The notes under the pieces: model-generated
Database searches by the model: none
Told to the model about the DNA's origin: nothing
Seen by the model: only the letters and a program-made list of their open reading frames with translations
Origin: Macrostomum lignano
Lineage: Eukaryota
Assembly (NCBI GenBank): GCA_002269645.1
Contig: NIVC01000225.1
Coordinates: 124,001-188,000, forward strand
Length of the DNA stretch: 64,000 bases
Direction: 5' to 3'
Program-made: the position numbers and the translations under genes
Shown here: positions 1-12,327 of the stretch, piece after piece
Numbering within the stretch: position 1 is the stretch's first letter
Layout: each line of letters opens with the position of its first letter

Positions 1-3000
1 GAAATTGTCACGGCCGCTCTGTCTGGCTTGCCACTTTCCCCGGCTGTATCGCTTGAAGGCTTGTAAAAATGAGGCAGGGTCGAATTTGTGCAAAGCAATA
101 GCACAGAGTCCGGTCCGCATAGGACGATCGTAGCGACGATCGCATAGGAAAAGCTCCCCTATTTTTGTTTAGCAAGTCTCCGTGTTACCGTGTACCACGT
201 GAAAGTCACAGCAGTTTGCTGCGGTAATTAGCTGTCGGCCCCGATCTGCAATTGTCGATATTGACCCTTGGGGTTCTCGCGAGTGACGCCCGCGTCAAGG
301 ATGCCTGTCTGAGATTTTGAGCTGGCGAGTGCAGTACAAACTAGCGGATCAACTGGCTGCTGCGAGACCCCATAGCTAATCGAATGCAGCCTCCGGGGGG
401 CCGAGCTCTCTACCCCTGCCATGTCCCTTTTTGTGTTCGCCAAATAAATGAAATATTTAGCAATTTAATTAGCAAAAAGTCAGTCTCTCGGGAGCCTTCT
501 GATTATGCTAATTAGCTGCTTGAATCCAGCCATCGGAGCTGTTCAATTTTCGCTTTTCACGATAGGGGCTTTGCACGCCTGAGTTGGCGTGAGTGCCGCC
601 AATGCAAACTGACTGCTGCCGCATCCCCGGGGCTCTCGGGCGCTGCCGCGGCTCCTCACTTGTCATGCACGGCGCGGGTTGGGAGGGGCTTATCAGGCCA
701 TCAGGCCTGTCTACACTCTGTAGCCCTGGGGCGGCGGCGGCCCGTCGGAGTCTGCGGCATGGCTAGGATTGATGCCGGACCTGGCATCAAGTGTCTGCGA
801 CTCACCAGCTTCGGGGCGATTCGCCGCAGTGAGACAGAAAGAAATGTATAAAGGTGACACGGACATATCTTTGCTGGGATATTTCTCCCTTGCATCTTTA
901 TCTGGCCAGGGCGCAGTGTCGCGCCTGGTAGCCATGCTATTATCTCTGCGTGTGTTGCTAGTCTCCCTAATCTCCCGCTGATCCCCCGACCTTGTTTCTC
1001 GCTTCCCTGTCAACTCGCCTCTTCGTCTGTGTACATTTCTCTGTCCAGAAATGTCATGCAATTTACTGCACAGCGTGACTGAAAACAAGTTTTGTGCTCT
1101 TTCGCCTCTGAAACTTTAAATAACTTGTTGCCATGCCTAGTTGCAAGCTATAAGGTGCTAATTGATTTGGGAACTCCACTCGTGTAAACAACAAAGTGTG
1201 AGCAAATAAGAAACCTGCCTCTTTAATCTCCCAAATTGCTTTGTTTGCCTGCGTGTTTTACACTGTCTACTTTGGCTGCAAATTTAATTGCGACTTCATC
1301 GGAGATGCCATCTTGTCTTTTTGTGTGCGCCCGTCTTCGCATGCACAGCTCATCTCGGCCAAAGTGTCCCACGGGGAATATCTCAATCTGCCGAAATCAT
1401 CGCTTTTCACTCCGTTTTCCTTGAGTTCTCCTGCTATCAGTTTCTCTCTCTCTCTCGGCCTGAATTGAGCCTAAATTGAGTTGAGTGTGTGACGCATTGG
1501 ACAATGTTATATTGCTGGCGCCGTGATCTTGCTTGGCCCTGGGATGTCTTTCTGTCTGCGACTCTCGACTCCGCTAAGAGGCCGATCATTATCAAGCAAA
1601 ATTGTGTTTTTTGTGTTCTACCCCCTCCCCCTTATTCTACCCACTTCCCCTTGCTCCATTGATAGCTCGAGTGACTCATAACTGCATGAATATGGCTATG
1701 AAATGAAAATGTCTCAATTTCGTTATTTCGCTGGAGTCCCGCCCGCCTGCCACCTGTCCAAGTCCCCTACTCCCCTGTCCAATGCCCTGTCTGTCCCCTG
1801 ATGGGGAGAATTTCCCCGGAGTTCTCTCAATTCGCCATTATCCCCCTTCCGACGTTTCGCATTTATTGCAGAGCCACTTAGAAGTGATGAGGCCGGGCTG
1901 TTGTAAGATTTTTTTAGTTGTTGTTCCCCGTCCCGCTCGCTTCCCCTGATCATTTATTAACCATGCTGGATTGTCTGCGCACGCTTCATTTCACAGCTTA
2001 GCCCCCCTTAAGTCTGCTAGCGATTGCTGTCTACTTGTCAGTAGCCAGTTGCCACTGACTCAGCCCCCCCCAATCGAACGCAGTCAGCCGCTTTCTCACT
2101 CCGTTTATTCTTCGGCCCGAGCGCTCATTGCATTGCATTCTCTCCATAGCGGGCCTTGAATTATTAACCTGTCGCCTGACCGCCCGATGCCGTGTCTCGC
2201 GGCAGTGAACATTGTGTTTCGATAAACATCGCAGCCCCGCTAACATGCTGCAGTTATCCCGGTGTTTATTGCCTACCCCGATTGTCTCCGCTTGGTTGCT
2301 GAGCACGCAATTTTCATCTTGGCTGGCTCTGTTCTACCAGTATCGCTCTACCAGCATTGCTAACCTCACTGATTGACTCATTGGCTTCTTTATCCGCCTG
2401 TTTGTGACACTCGGACTCCGGGATGAATCAAAGTTAAGATGCTGAGGCAGACTCGGGGGAGCGTGAGGGCGGCCTGTAATGCACGCTGCCCACGCCCGGC
2501 TGCCCCCACTCCGCTATTCTGCATGCCTTAAAAAATAAATCAGCACCGCTTTCTTCCCAGTAAATGGCGCCTCTATTAGAGCGATTTCCCCCGGAGCCTT
2601 ATTGTGCACGGCGGGCTGGGGTGCGGGGAAAACTGCGCGAAATATAAAAGATTAAGATTTCATGCCGGTCGGACAGAGCCTTCTCAGGCTGCTCAGTTTT
2701 GATTCCGCCACCACCTTGCCGGCCTGGCCGGATGCGGATTAATAATTCACTGAAGCCGGTCCGCGGCGCGAAGTAACAAGGCGCGCTAATCACGGGTAAC
2801 TGGCGTGCGGACCGCAGCTTAAGGCTGAGAGAGAAGGGGGGAGAAATCACTGCGCCTTGCGTGATGCAGCTGAGAAGCTGAGTGCGCCTGTGCTGACTGT
2901 ATTTGAAACTCTTTTGGCAGCTTCGGGGCCTGATGCGGCCCGTCGCTTAATATCTGTCCGTCTATCCCTTCTTTCTTATGCTCTTCCTCTTCTGATTAAA

Positions 3001-4755
3001 CTGCCTAAGGGCCTGTTTAGAATTGGGGTCGAAGGCAGAATCAGAGGGGAGGCTGGCTGCCGCATCACTTATTCATCGGCGACTCCGCCAGTTTCCCGAC
3101 TGTTCTGCCCCGTGTCTGTCTGAGCAGCTTTGCAAAGGTGGAAATGTCTTGATTTTGCGTCTCCCCAACCCTCTCGCAGGCTCCCTGTGCCTCTCATGCG
3201 CCATCAATTCTCCCGGTGAATGGGGTCGTAAAGCCGCCCCTCCATCCCAGAGGTAAAGGTGAGTTGGGGTCCTCCGAGGCCAGGAATGTGAGCAGTCCAA
3301 GGCAAGGAGCGCAGGCACAGTTTAAGTATCTTCGCTTGCTCTCAAATTATCAGCGCTTGTCCGGGTCGGACTAAACTGTCCGGTTTTGTTGGCCGCTTGG
3401 GACGGGACAAATCGGGCCTGTTATGCTTGTGCGGCTGGCCATTTTGCACTGGCGCTCAGGAGTGGCTGTCCAGTTTTACAACCGCAGCTTGTGCCTTTCT
3501 TGTCCTCCGGCTTTTGTACCGGCGCAAATGGCCGTTTCGGAGCATTTAATTAACCACAGTCTGTTTACTGCCGTGTCTCGGCTAACTCTTTGAGGTGAAA
3601 CCTGCAGCTGCCCGGCCGCGTCTTGGGAAATTAGAGACCAAATCGAAGATTGAGATTGCGATTTGTGAGATCAGTCAGGAAGTGCCGCACAATGCATCTC
3701 GGGATGTAGTGGAGTCGAGCGAAAAAATATTTAAAAACATTTTGAGCTGAGTTACGTCCTCTGACTACGAGTAACCCTTGGGTTCAGCGATTAATTTTGT
3801 AACATATCGGCGCTTCTTAATTCAGCAAGGATTATTTTACGCAAAAGCCTTAGCCCAGGGCGTCTCTTCAAACCCTAAAAGTAGTTGACAAGTTGACAAA
3901 AAGTGATCCCTATTTGTTGTTTGATTATAATAGAGTCCCTTCCCAGCTCGCCTGCACTCCACCTGCAAGTATTTCTAGAACCCCATGGCAGAGCAGAAGC
4001 GAGCAGGCTGCTGTCAGGTCTAGCATTAGCAGCAGCATATGGGCTTTGCTGCATTCCATCGCAGAGGCAGGCCTGCAGCTCCTTAGTCGCCGAACTGCTG
4101 CTCCTAGAAGAACAATCGCTGCCCCAGGATGCGGACCGGTTCGCCGCACCGACTCTCCGCTGCGCGCCGCACTCGCAGGCTCTGGCAGCGGGCCGCCAAC
4201 TTCTCCAGCCAGATTGACGTGATAAATGACGCGGGGCCGGGGCAGGCCGCCATTCCGACCCGGGGATGAAGGGGAGAGGGGGGGCGGCCTCCCCGCCTGA
4301 AAGCGCCGAGGCCTCCTTGATGAAGTGGCCGCCTCCGCGCTTGGCTTCCTACAATCAATGCTCAAAGGAAACGACCTGCTTTGCGGGCCCATTGTGCCGG
4401 GCGCGCCCGCCTGCCTTCATGACCCCCCGGCTCTGCTTTCCCTGTTCCCGGCCAGGCCTGTTGGCAGCTTCCATTGTTAGGCAGAGGCCGGCCTTTTTGC
4501 AGGTCGGGCCCCTAATTAGCTTATTTTCATTTTTACATTGCATTGTAATTGTTCAGCTTTCGGTTCAGTTTGCTGTGTTGTTGCGCCCGCGAATTGCCGC
4601 GCCTTTCTGCGTTATTTTTTTAACTAACCCTGCACATTTGCTTACTATTAGTAGCGACGCTAGGATATGTTTTTATTTTATAGATAATATATAAACTGTT
4701 TGGAAATAGGCGGGGGGTAGGCCTTATCTGCCCAGCTGTGCACACCGCACTGCAG

Positions 4756-4767
4756 GCTATAAATTGG
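4756..4767 (+). promoter_or_regulatory. Candidate TATA box upstream of SHMT
   Basis: GGCTATAAATTGG followed by a pyrimidine-rich stretch, then a donor-like T|GTGAGT at 4941/4942. Position is inferred only. Confidence 0.35.
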
Positions 4768-4989
4768 CCGTCCCCGCGCAGGCTTCTCTTCGTCTGTCCG
4801 CGTCTTCCTTTACGGGAAATCTCTTCTAATTCCGCCGGAGCCTGTTTCTGAGCTTGCTAAAAAACGGTTTTTTTAACTGGCTTTCTAATAGCCGCTGATT
4901 TCTCTCATAATTTTCCGCATTTCTTTATCTGCTGAATTTATGTGAGTACACTTCACTTTACTATAACCGAACTTTTAATCAATCAATAA

Positions 4990-5362
4990 GTCAGTCAGTC
5001 AGTCAGTCAGTCAGTCAGTCAGTCAGTCAGTCAGTCAGCCAGTCAGTCAGTCAGTCAGTCAGTCAGTCAGTCAGTCAGTCAGTCAGCCAGTCAGTCAGTC
5101 AGTCAGTCAGTCAGTCAGTCAGTCAGTCAGTCAGTCAGTCAGTCAGTCAGTCAGTCAGTCAGCCAGTCAGTCAGTCAGTCAGTCAGTCAGTCAGTCAGTC
5201 AGTCAGTCAGCCAGTCAGTCAGTCAGTCAGTCAGTCAGTCAGTCAGTCAGTCAGTCAGCCAGTCAGTCAGTCAGTCAGTCAGTCAGCCAGCCAGTCAGTC
5301 AGTCAGTCAGTCAGTCAGTCAGTCAGTCAGCCAGTCAGTCAGTCAGTCAGTCAGTCAGTCAG
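4990..5362. repeat. (CAGT)n tetranucleotide microsatellite, about 90 units with occasional CAGC variants
   Basis: Directly visible. It lies between a GTGAGT donor-like site at 4942 and the SHMT acceptor at 5523, so it is probably in a 5' UTR intron. Confidence 0.97.
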
Positions 5363-5534
5363 ACTCTGCTGCAAGAGCTGCTCGTGAATGAGTGAATCAA
5401 CAGCGGATTTACTGAGGCCCGGCAGTCCCAGATAGTCCTGTTAATCACCCATTGGGCACGCGCTCCTTCTTAAAGCCCTGCAAGTCAATTCTACCTTGAC
5501 CGCCACCGCTTTTCACTGCACAGAAGCCTGGGAG

Positions 5535-8500
5535 ATGACCGCGCCGCTGTCCTCAGTTGACCCCGAGATGCACGCCATCCTGCGCCGGGAGCGCGAGCGC
5601 CAAATGAGCGGCCTGGAGATGATCGCCTCGGAGAATTTCACCAGCGCCGCGGTGCAGCAGGCCCTGGCCTCCTGCATGACCAACAAGTACAGCGAGGGCC
5701 AGGTCGGCAACCGCTACTATGGCGGCAACGAGGTCGTGGACGAGATGGAGTCCATGTGCAAATCCCGAGCTCTGCAGGTGTTCGGTTTGAAATCCGAGGA
5801 GTGGGGCGTCAATGTGCAGGTGGGCTGCTGCAGTAGTATACTGTGCTTACGGCATTGCAGTGGGATTTAAGAATTCAGCACTCCCTGTGGATTGTAGCAT
5901 TTCCTGTGGATTGCAGCATTCCCTGTGGATTGCAGCATTCCCTGTGGATTGCAGCATTCCCTGTAGATTGCATTATTCCCTGTGGATTGTAGCATTTCCT
6001 GTGGATTGCATCATTCCCTGTAGATTGCAGCATTCCCTGTAGATTGCAGCATTCCCTGTAGATTTCATCATTCCCTGTGGATTGCATCATTCCCTGTAGA
6101 TTGCATCATTCCCTGTGGATTGCATCATTCCCTGTAGATTGCAGCATTCCCTGTAGATTGCATCATTCCCTGTGGATTGCAGCATTCCCTGTAGATTGCA
6201 GCATTCCCTGTAGATTGCATCATTCCCTGTGGATTGCATCATTCCCTGTGGATTGTGTCATTCCCTGTGGATTGCATCATTCCCTGCAGATTGCATCATT
6301 CCCTGTGGATTGCAGCATTCCCTGTAGATTGCATCATTCCCTGCGGATGGCATCATTTCTTCCCTGCAGATTGCATCATTCCCTGTGGATTGTGTCATTC
6401 CCTGTGGATTGCATCATTCCCTGTGGATTGCAGCATTCCCTGTAGATTGCATCATTCCCTGCGGATGGCATCATTTCTTCCCTGCAGATTGCATCATTCC
6501 CTGTAGATTGCATCATTCCCTGTGGATTGCAGCATTTCCTGTAGATTGCACCATTCCCTGTGGATTGCAGCATTCCCTGTAGATTGCATCATTCCCTGTG
6601 GATTGTGTCATTCCCTGTGGATTGCATCATTCCCTGTGGATTGCAGCATTCCCTGTAGATTGCATCATTCCCTGCGGATGGCATCATTTCTTCCCTGCAG
6701 ATTACATCATTCCCTGTAGATTGCATCATTCCCTGTGGATTGCAGCATTCCCTGTAGATTGCATCATTCCCTGTGGATGGCATCATTTCTTCCCTGCAGA
6801 TTGCATCATTCCCTGTGGATTGCAGCATTCCCTGTAGATTGCATCATTCCCTGCGGATGGCATCATTTCTTCCCTGCAGATTACATCATTCCCTGTAGAT
6901 TGCATCATTCCCTGTGGATTGTAGCATTTCCTGTGGATTGCATCATTTCCTGTGGATTGCATCATTCCCCTGTGTACATTGCATCATTCCCTGTGGTTTA
7001 AAGCATTCCCTGTGGATGGCATCATTTCTTCCCTGCAGATTGCATCATTCCCTGTGGATTGCATCATTCCCTGTGCATTGCATCATTCCCCTGTGTACAT
7101 TGCATCATTCCCTGTGGTTTAAAGCATTCCCTGTGGATTGCATCATTCCCTGTGGATTGCATCATTCCCTGTGGATTGCATCATTCCCTGTGCATTGCAT
7201 CATTCCATGTGGATTGCGTCATTCTCTGTAGATTGCAGCATTCCTTTTGTCATCCCCTATAATACGTGTACGCAGAGCATCCCCTGTAGGCTCTCAAGAG
7301 TCGCCCCATCTTGGCTGCCGCATCCCGCAGGCCCTCTCCGGCTGCCCGGCCAACTTCGCCGTGTACACCGCGCTGGTCGGGCCGCACGGCCGCATCATGG
7401 GCCTGGACCTGCCGGACGGCGGCCACCTCAGCCACGGCTTCCAGACGCCGGCCAAGAAGGTGTCGGCCACCTCGCTCTATTTCGAGTCCATGTGCTACAA
7501 GGTGAGAAGTCCTTGACTGTTGTCTCTGGACACGGTTTGCTGCTCATTGCTGCTCACATCTAATAATGGGTACTCACAGCTGTCTTAGCTACTCGTGGGT
7601 TTCACGGTTTCTCCTGGGTATTCACAGTTTAACAGTTTCTCAGGTATTCACAGTTTGTTATAGGTATTCACAGTTTTTCAGGTATTCACAGTTTCTCAGG
7701 TATTCACAGTTTCTCAGGTATTCACAGTTTTTCAGGTATTCACAGTTTCTCATGAGCATTCGCGGTTTCTCATGAACATTCTGCACGGTTTCTCAAGGGT
7801 ATTCACAGTTTGACAGTTTCTCAGGTATTCACAGTTTCTCAGATATTCACAGTTTCTCATGAGCATTCGCGGTTTCTCATGAACATTCTGCACGGTTTCT
7901 CAAAAGTATTCACAGTTTGACAGTTTCTCAGGTATTCACAGTTTCTTAAGTATTCACAGTTTCTCAGGTATTCACAGTTTCTCAGGTATTCACAGTTTCT
8001 TATAGGTATTCACAGTTTCTTATGGCTACTCACGCTACTCACAGCTCGTCATTGCGCATCTCCCCAACCCACAGGTGGACCCGGTCACGGGGCTCATCGA
8101 TTACGACGCCCTGGCGGCCAGCGCCCGCCTGTTCCGTCCCAAGCTGATCGTGGCCGGCATGAGCTGCTACTCGCAGCACTTGGACTACGCCCGCTTCCGG
8201 CAGATCTGCGACGAAGTCGGCGCCATCCTCATGGCCGACATGGCCCACGTGTCCGGCCTGGTGGCCGCCGGGGTGGTGCCCTCGCCCTTCGAGCACAGCG
8301 ACATTGTCACCACCACCACGCACAAAAGCCTGCGCGGCCCGCGCTCCGCGCTTATCTTCTACCGCAAAGGTAAACTTGGGCAACTTGTTTTCGATACATG
8401 TCGGAATCCCAGGCGTAGTGCTGAGCGCTGAAGCTGAAGCTGAAAGCTCCTCTATTCGATTTCCCACTGCAGGCACGGTGATGCAGAAAGGCAAAGAGGT

Positions 8501-9577
8501 GCCGCTCACCTACGAGCAGCGCATCAACGAGGCCGTCTTCCCCGGACTGCAGGGCGGCCCCCACAACAACGCCATCGCCGCGGTGGCTGTGGCCCTCAAG
8601 CAGTGCATGTCGCCGGACTTCAAGGCTTATCAGCAGCAGGTGAGGCTCTGGTTCAGGTAGCTTTTTAAGCCCCCCCCCCCCCAGATACTCAGTTGCTGGG
8701 CCGCCACCCTCCCAGATCCCCAGTTGCCTTAATTCCACCCTCCCAGATCCCCAGTTGCCTTAATTCCACCCTCCCAGATCCCCAGTTGCCGGAAATCCAC
8801 CCTCCCAGATCCCCAGTTGCCGGAAATCCACCCTTCCAGATCCCCAGTTGCCGGACATCCACCCTCCCAGATCCCCAGTTGCCGGACATCCACCCTTCCA
8901 GATCCCCAGTTGCCGGACATCCACCCTCCCAGATCCCCAGTTGCCGGAAATCCACCCTTCCAGATCCCCAGTTGCCGGACATCCACCCTCCCAGATCCCC
9001 AGTTGCCGGACATCCACCCTTCCAGATCCCCAGTTGCCGGACATCCACCCTCCCAGATCCCCAGTTGCCGGGCCACATAGACAAACGCCGCCCACTTCCC
9101 CATCGCCCGCAGGTTCTGCTGAACGCCCAGGCGCTGGTGGCCCGACTGAAGGAGCTCGGCTACTCCATCGTAACTGGCGGCACCGTCAACCACCTCTGCC
9201 TCGTGGACTTCCGGCCGCAGGGCGTCGAAGGCGCCCGGGTTGAGAAGTCGCTGGACCTGGTGGGCATCACCGCCAACAAGAACACCTGCCCCGGCGACCG
9301 CAGCGCCCTGCGCCCCAGCGGCCTCCGCCTGGGCACTCCGGCGCTGACCAGCCGCGGCCTGTGCGAGGCCGACATGCGCCGCGTTGCCGACTTCATCCAC
9401 CAGGGCGTCCGGCTGGCCATCGACGCCGGAACCAAGCTGGCCGCACCCGGCCGGCTGGCCGACTTTGAGCGGCTGCTGCGCGAGGACGCCGAGCTCGGGC
9501 CGCGCACCGCCGAGCTGCGCCGCCAGGTGCACGAGTTCGCCAAGGGCTTCGCCATGCCCGGCCTGGCCGAGTTCTGA
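5535..9577 (+). CDS. SHMT: Serine hydroxymethyltransferase (PLP-dependent), about 460 aa, 5 coding exons
   Basis: Exons 5535-5819, 7331-7501, 8075-8369, 8473-8639 and 9113-9577, all GT..AG with consistent phases. Motifs: [42 protein letters not shown], the PLP lysine motif [30 protein letters not shown] and [13 protein letters not shown]. Confidence 0.97.
5880..7245. repeat. 19-bp minisatellite (ATTCCCTGTGGATTGCATC)n in SHMT intron 1
   Basis: Tandem array seen directly. It accounts for the many Cys/His-rich spurious ORFs at 5812-7262. Confidence 0.95.
7600..8025. repeat. 18-bp minisatellite (GGTATTCACAGTTTCTCA)n in SHMT intron 2, with an internal duplicated block of about 110 bp
   Basis: Tandem array seen directly. 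The TGAGCATTCGCGGTTTCTCATGAACATTCTG block occurs near 7753 and again near 7860. Confidence 0.9.
8700..9070. repeat. 31-bp minisatellite (CCACCCTCCCAGATCCCCAGTTGCCGGACAT)n in SHMT intron 4
   Basis: Tandem array between the donor at 8640 and the acceptor at 9112. Confidence 0.95.
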
Positions 9578-10524
9578 CCGCGAGCTTGAAACCCACGAAA
9601 CCGCTGCGAAATGAACTCTGCTTTGCTAGTTTCCATAGTAACGGTGAATTCCCTGCCATATCTCCAAACATTGCCCCCGGAATCCTGCGCCTGAGCACAA
9701 AGTGCCGAAGTGTCCAACAGCCTGTGGGATTCGCTGCGCCAGGCTGACTCCCCTAGCCACTGCACTGCACATGCCTCTGGTTAATTCTCTAATCTTATCC
9801 GCTTCCACTGAACTTTCCTACACAGTCTGTCTCTCTGATTCGGCGAACATTTGCTTATTGTTTTGTTAATTTCCACGAAATTTTTCGGACCTGTCAGGTG
9901 CTGCGTTCTTGCCGCGGAGATTTTCCAGCCGGTTCGAATTTGCTCCGGCTATAAATAGCTGGCCGCAGCCCCGTGCCCGATAAGCCCAGCGGAGACTCCC
10001 GCTCTGCTCTCTGCCCCCCCCCCTGCCTGCCTCCCCTGTAGCGAAAAACTTTTTCTATCTGCGCCGACGGAATTTTCCTGTGCGCTCATTGCCTTGGAAA
10101 AAATACTTAATAATGCCCAGTGCAGGCTACTATTAGTAGGTTGCGGTTAAATACTTTATCTATTCAATACTGCTTGCGAGCGAGTGCGTGTTTACAGTTT
10201 AGCCTTATCAAATAATGTCAGTTCAGCAGATCACTGCGACTTTTTCTGTTTTTTTCAAGTTGATTTCACATTCAATCTGGTTCTTTTTGGACTCTGGCAT
10301 CCTGCTTTTGCATATCGATTTGAGCTTGACAATAAAACGCCGACTCCCTTAATCGTGTCTCGTGGCAATTCAACTGCTCCGTCTGGCAAGCGGGTGATTC
10401 TTTTTTTCTACTAAAATGAACTCAAATTATTGCTTTGTTAATTAAACATAATTTTACTGTCTAGCTATATTTTTACATGCGGGCGTTTAAGAAATGCAGG
10501 AAAACAGCAGCTGACAGACCGTGT

Positions 10525-10926
10525 CTACCAAAGTCTCTCGTCCGCATCGTATCGAGTCTGGTTCTTCTGGCTGAAGTGCAGCTGAAACTCCGTGTCGTTG
10601 AGCACAAACACCACCAGAGTGCGGCCATTCAGGTACTCGATGGGCCGGATGTAGGACGAGATCAGTTCGGGAATCTCTATGAATTCAAACTGCTGCATGG
10701 TCTCCAGGCTCACGGTGCTGGCTGGCAGGCCGAACTTCTTGCCGTCTTTGTCATCATAGAAAACCAAGATCTGCTTGCTGGGCTCAATCTGGAAACGGTG
10801 ATAGATCTTGCGCTTCAGATCCACCACCAAGTCTGTGGAGTAGAGCACCAGGCGGCCTGACTGAATGTGTTTAGCGTAGTTATGAGCTATGTTCAGCTCG
10901 ATCAGGGTCACATTGATCATCGACAT
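10525..10926 (-). CDS. Small protein (about 133 aa) with a ubiquitin-like (beta-grasp) N-terminal segment
   Basis: Open frame with C/G-ending codon bias. RLVLYSTDLVVDLKRKIYHRFQIEPSKQILVFY resembles the ubiquitin-fold pattern ([25 protein letters not shown]). An acceptor-like TTTTACTAG lies upstream near 11021-11029. Family not identified. Confidence 0.45.
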   Translation of the reverse strand: MSMINVTLIELNIAHNYAKHIQSGRLVLYSTDLVVDLKRKIYHRFQIEPSKQILVFYDDKDGKKFGLPASTVSLETMQQFEFIEIPELISSYIRPIEYLNGRTLVVFVLNDTEFQLHFSQKNQTRYDADERLW

Positions 10927-11470
10927 CTTGATGGCTTTGTGTTTGACCTTTGGTCTGTACAAGGTTGCTGATGAATTGAACACATACGCAGCGGCCGTAA
11001 TTTGCAGTGCTTCATCTGTCCTAGTAAAACAATAGAATTGCAGAAGTGCTAAAATCAATTGCCAAAAGTTGTCTATGGCCATAATGGTGTGTCAAAAACG
11101 ATTCATCGTTGATAAGTATGAACTTCTATAAATTACTCGTAGGATCTGTAGCGGAGATATTCTATTCTTCGCCTACATAAGTTTTCGAAATCGAAATTCG
11201 CGCTGTGCACAAGTTGCATGAGTTGCAACGTTGAAAAAATAAAATGATGTTTTATTTAACGTTGCAGACTTGCAATTAAAATTATTCTGTTTTTAAAGGT
11301 ATCGGTATTGCATAGATTGTTCCATAAATAAACTCTAACATATCCAACACAAACACATACTCCAACTCAAATAAACTCCATAGGATGAAGGAATAAATTC
11401 ATTAATCCAGGCAGCAAACTACAGCAATCTCCCATCTAGAACCTTTTCTTGGCGGGATGTCAGTAAAAGA

Positions 11471-12327
11471 CAGTGATGGGCACCGCTAAATTTAGTTTTA
11501 GCGCCGCTAATTAGCGCTGTCGCTAACTGATAAAAGAAAATTTCCATTTTCGCTATTTCTAGCGCCGCTAATTTTGAAATGCGCTAATTAATAAATACAT
11601 TGAATATAAACTGCCGTTTCACACGTATTTAAGCGTTTTTGCACATTTTTAACTCGTATGTTTTAAATGAAAAAGCTAATAATGCTATTGCTAATAATTT
11701 GTTTTTATTATCAATCCTAATTTTAAAAATCCTCAAGCCGCTGAACTGTCAAAGAAACAGTTGGTAGAAAGATCAGTAGCCTTCTTATACTCAAGAAGGA
11801 AGGCGAGATCATCAGCTTGAAACGGTGGTACGGGATTTATTAACACCACCATCACCCTGTCGCTTATTATTAACACCAGCCTGTCGCTTCGCATCATCGC
11901 TTAGAATATCAACTGTCGAGTTGAACGTTGAATTCTTTGATTAACTGATTAAATGAAATAAAATTAATCAAAAACTTTTTGCTAACGAATTAAAAGTAGT
12001 AAGAAAACTTTTAAAAGTCAATGACAAAAACAAGATTAATTGTTGATAACGAAAGCGAAAAAAAGAAATTCAGATTTCGTTTCGCATGTCTAAGAAAATT
12101 AGAAACATATTAGCGATCTACTATGGGTGGATTTACGTATTCTTTAATTTATTACTCAAATAGGGTCTCATTTTAAGTATAAAACAGTCATTAACCGTCT
12201 AGTTTTATAGCAAAAAAAATTATTTATTAACTAATTAATTCATTAGCGATTTTCAGAAAATATTAGCGGCGCTTTGATAGCGCGCGCTAATTGGAATTCA
12301 AATTTAGAGGCGTAGTGCCAATCACTG
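11471..12327. mobile_element. Non-autonomous hAT-type TIR element (857 bp)
   Basis: TIRs CAGTGATGGGCAC / GTGCCAATCACTG. Perfect 8-bp TSD GTAAAAGA at 11463-11470 and 12328-12335. Subterminal GCGCCGCTAAT repeats. Confidence 0.9.

Noticed and set aside
711-1088. Minus-strand ORF with a CTG|GTGAGT donor at 805/806
   Set aside because: No recognisable homology or partner exon in the window, so it cannot be supported as coding, although a gene continuing to the left is not excluded.
4266-4500. Arg-rich segment as an SHMT mitochondrial presequence exon
   Set aside because: Its only donor-like site (CAG|GTCGGG) is phase 0, while all candidate SHMT acceptors (5475, 5484, 5523) need phase 1.
5812-7262. 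Numerous Cys/His-rich ORFs on both strands
   Set aside because: They are translations of the 19-bp intronic minisatellite between valid SHMT splice sites.
8693-9112. Pro-rich N-terminal extension of the 294-aa ORF fused to the last SHMT exon
   Set aside because: It is read-through of the 31-bp repeat. Intron retention would hit TAG at 8658-8660, and the donor at 8640 and acceptor at 9112 restore the conserved sequence.
8729-9765. Long antisense ORFs over SHMT, and similar ones over GSTCD, TMEM126 and PCGF
   Set aside because: They are shadows of high-GC3 coding exons, which suppress stop codons on the opposite strand.
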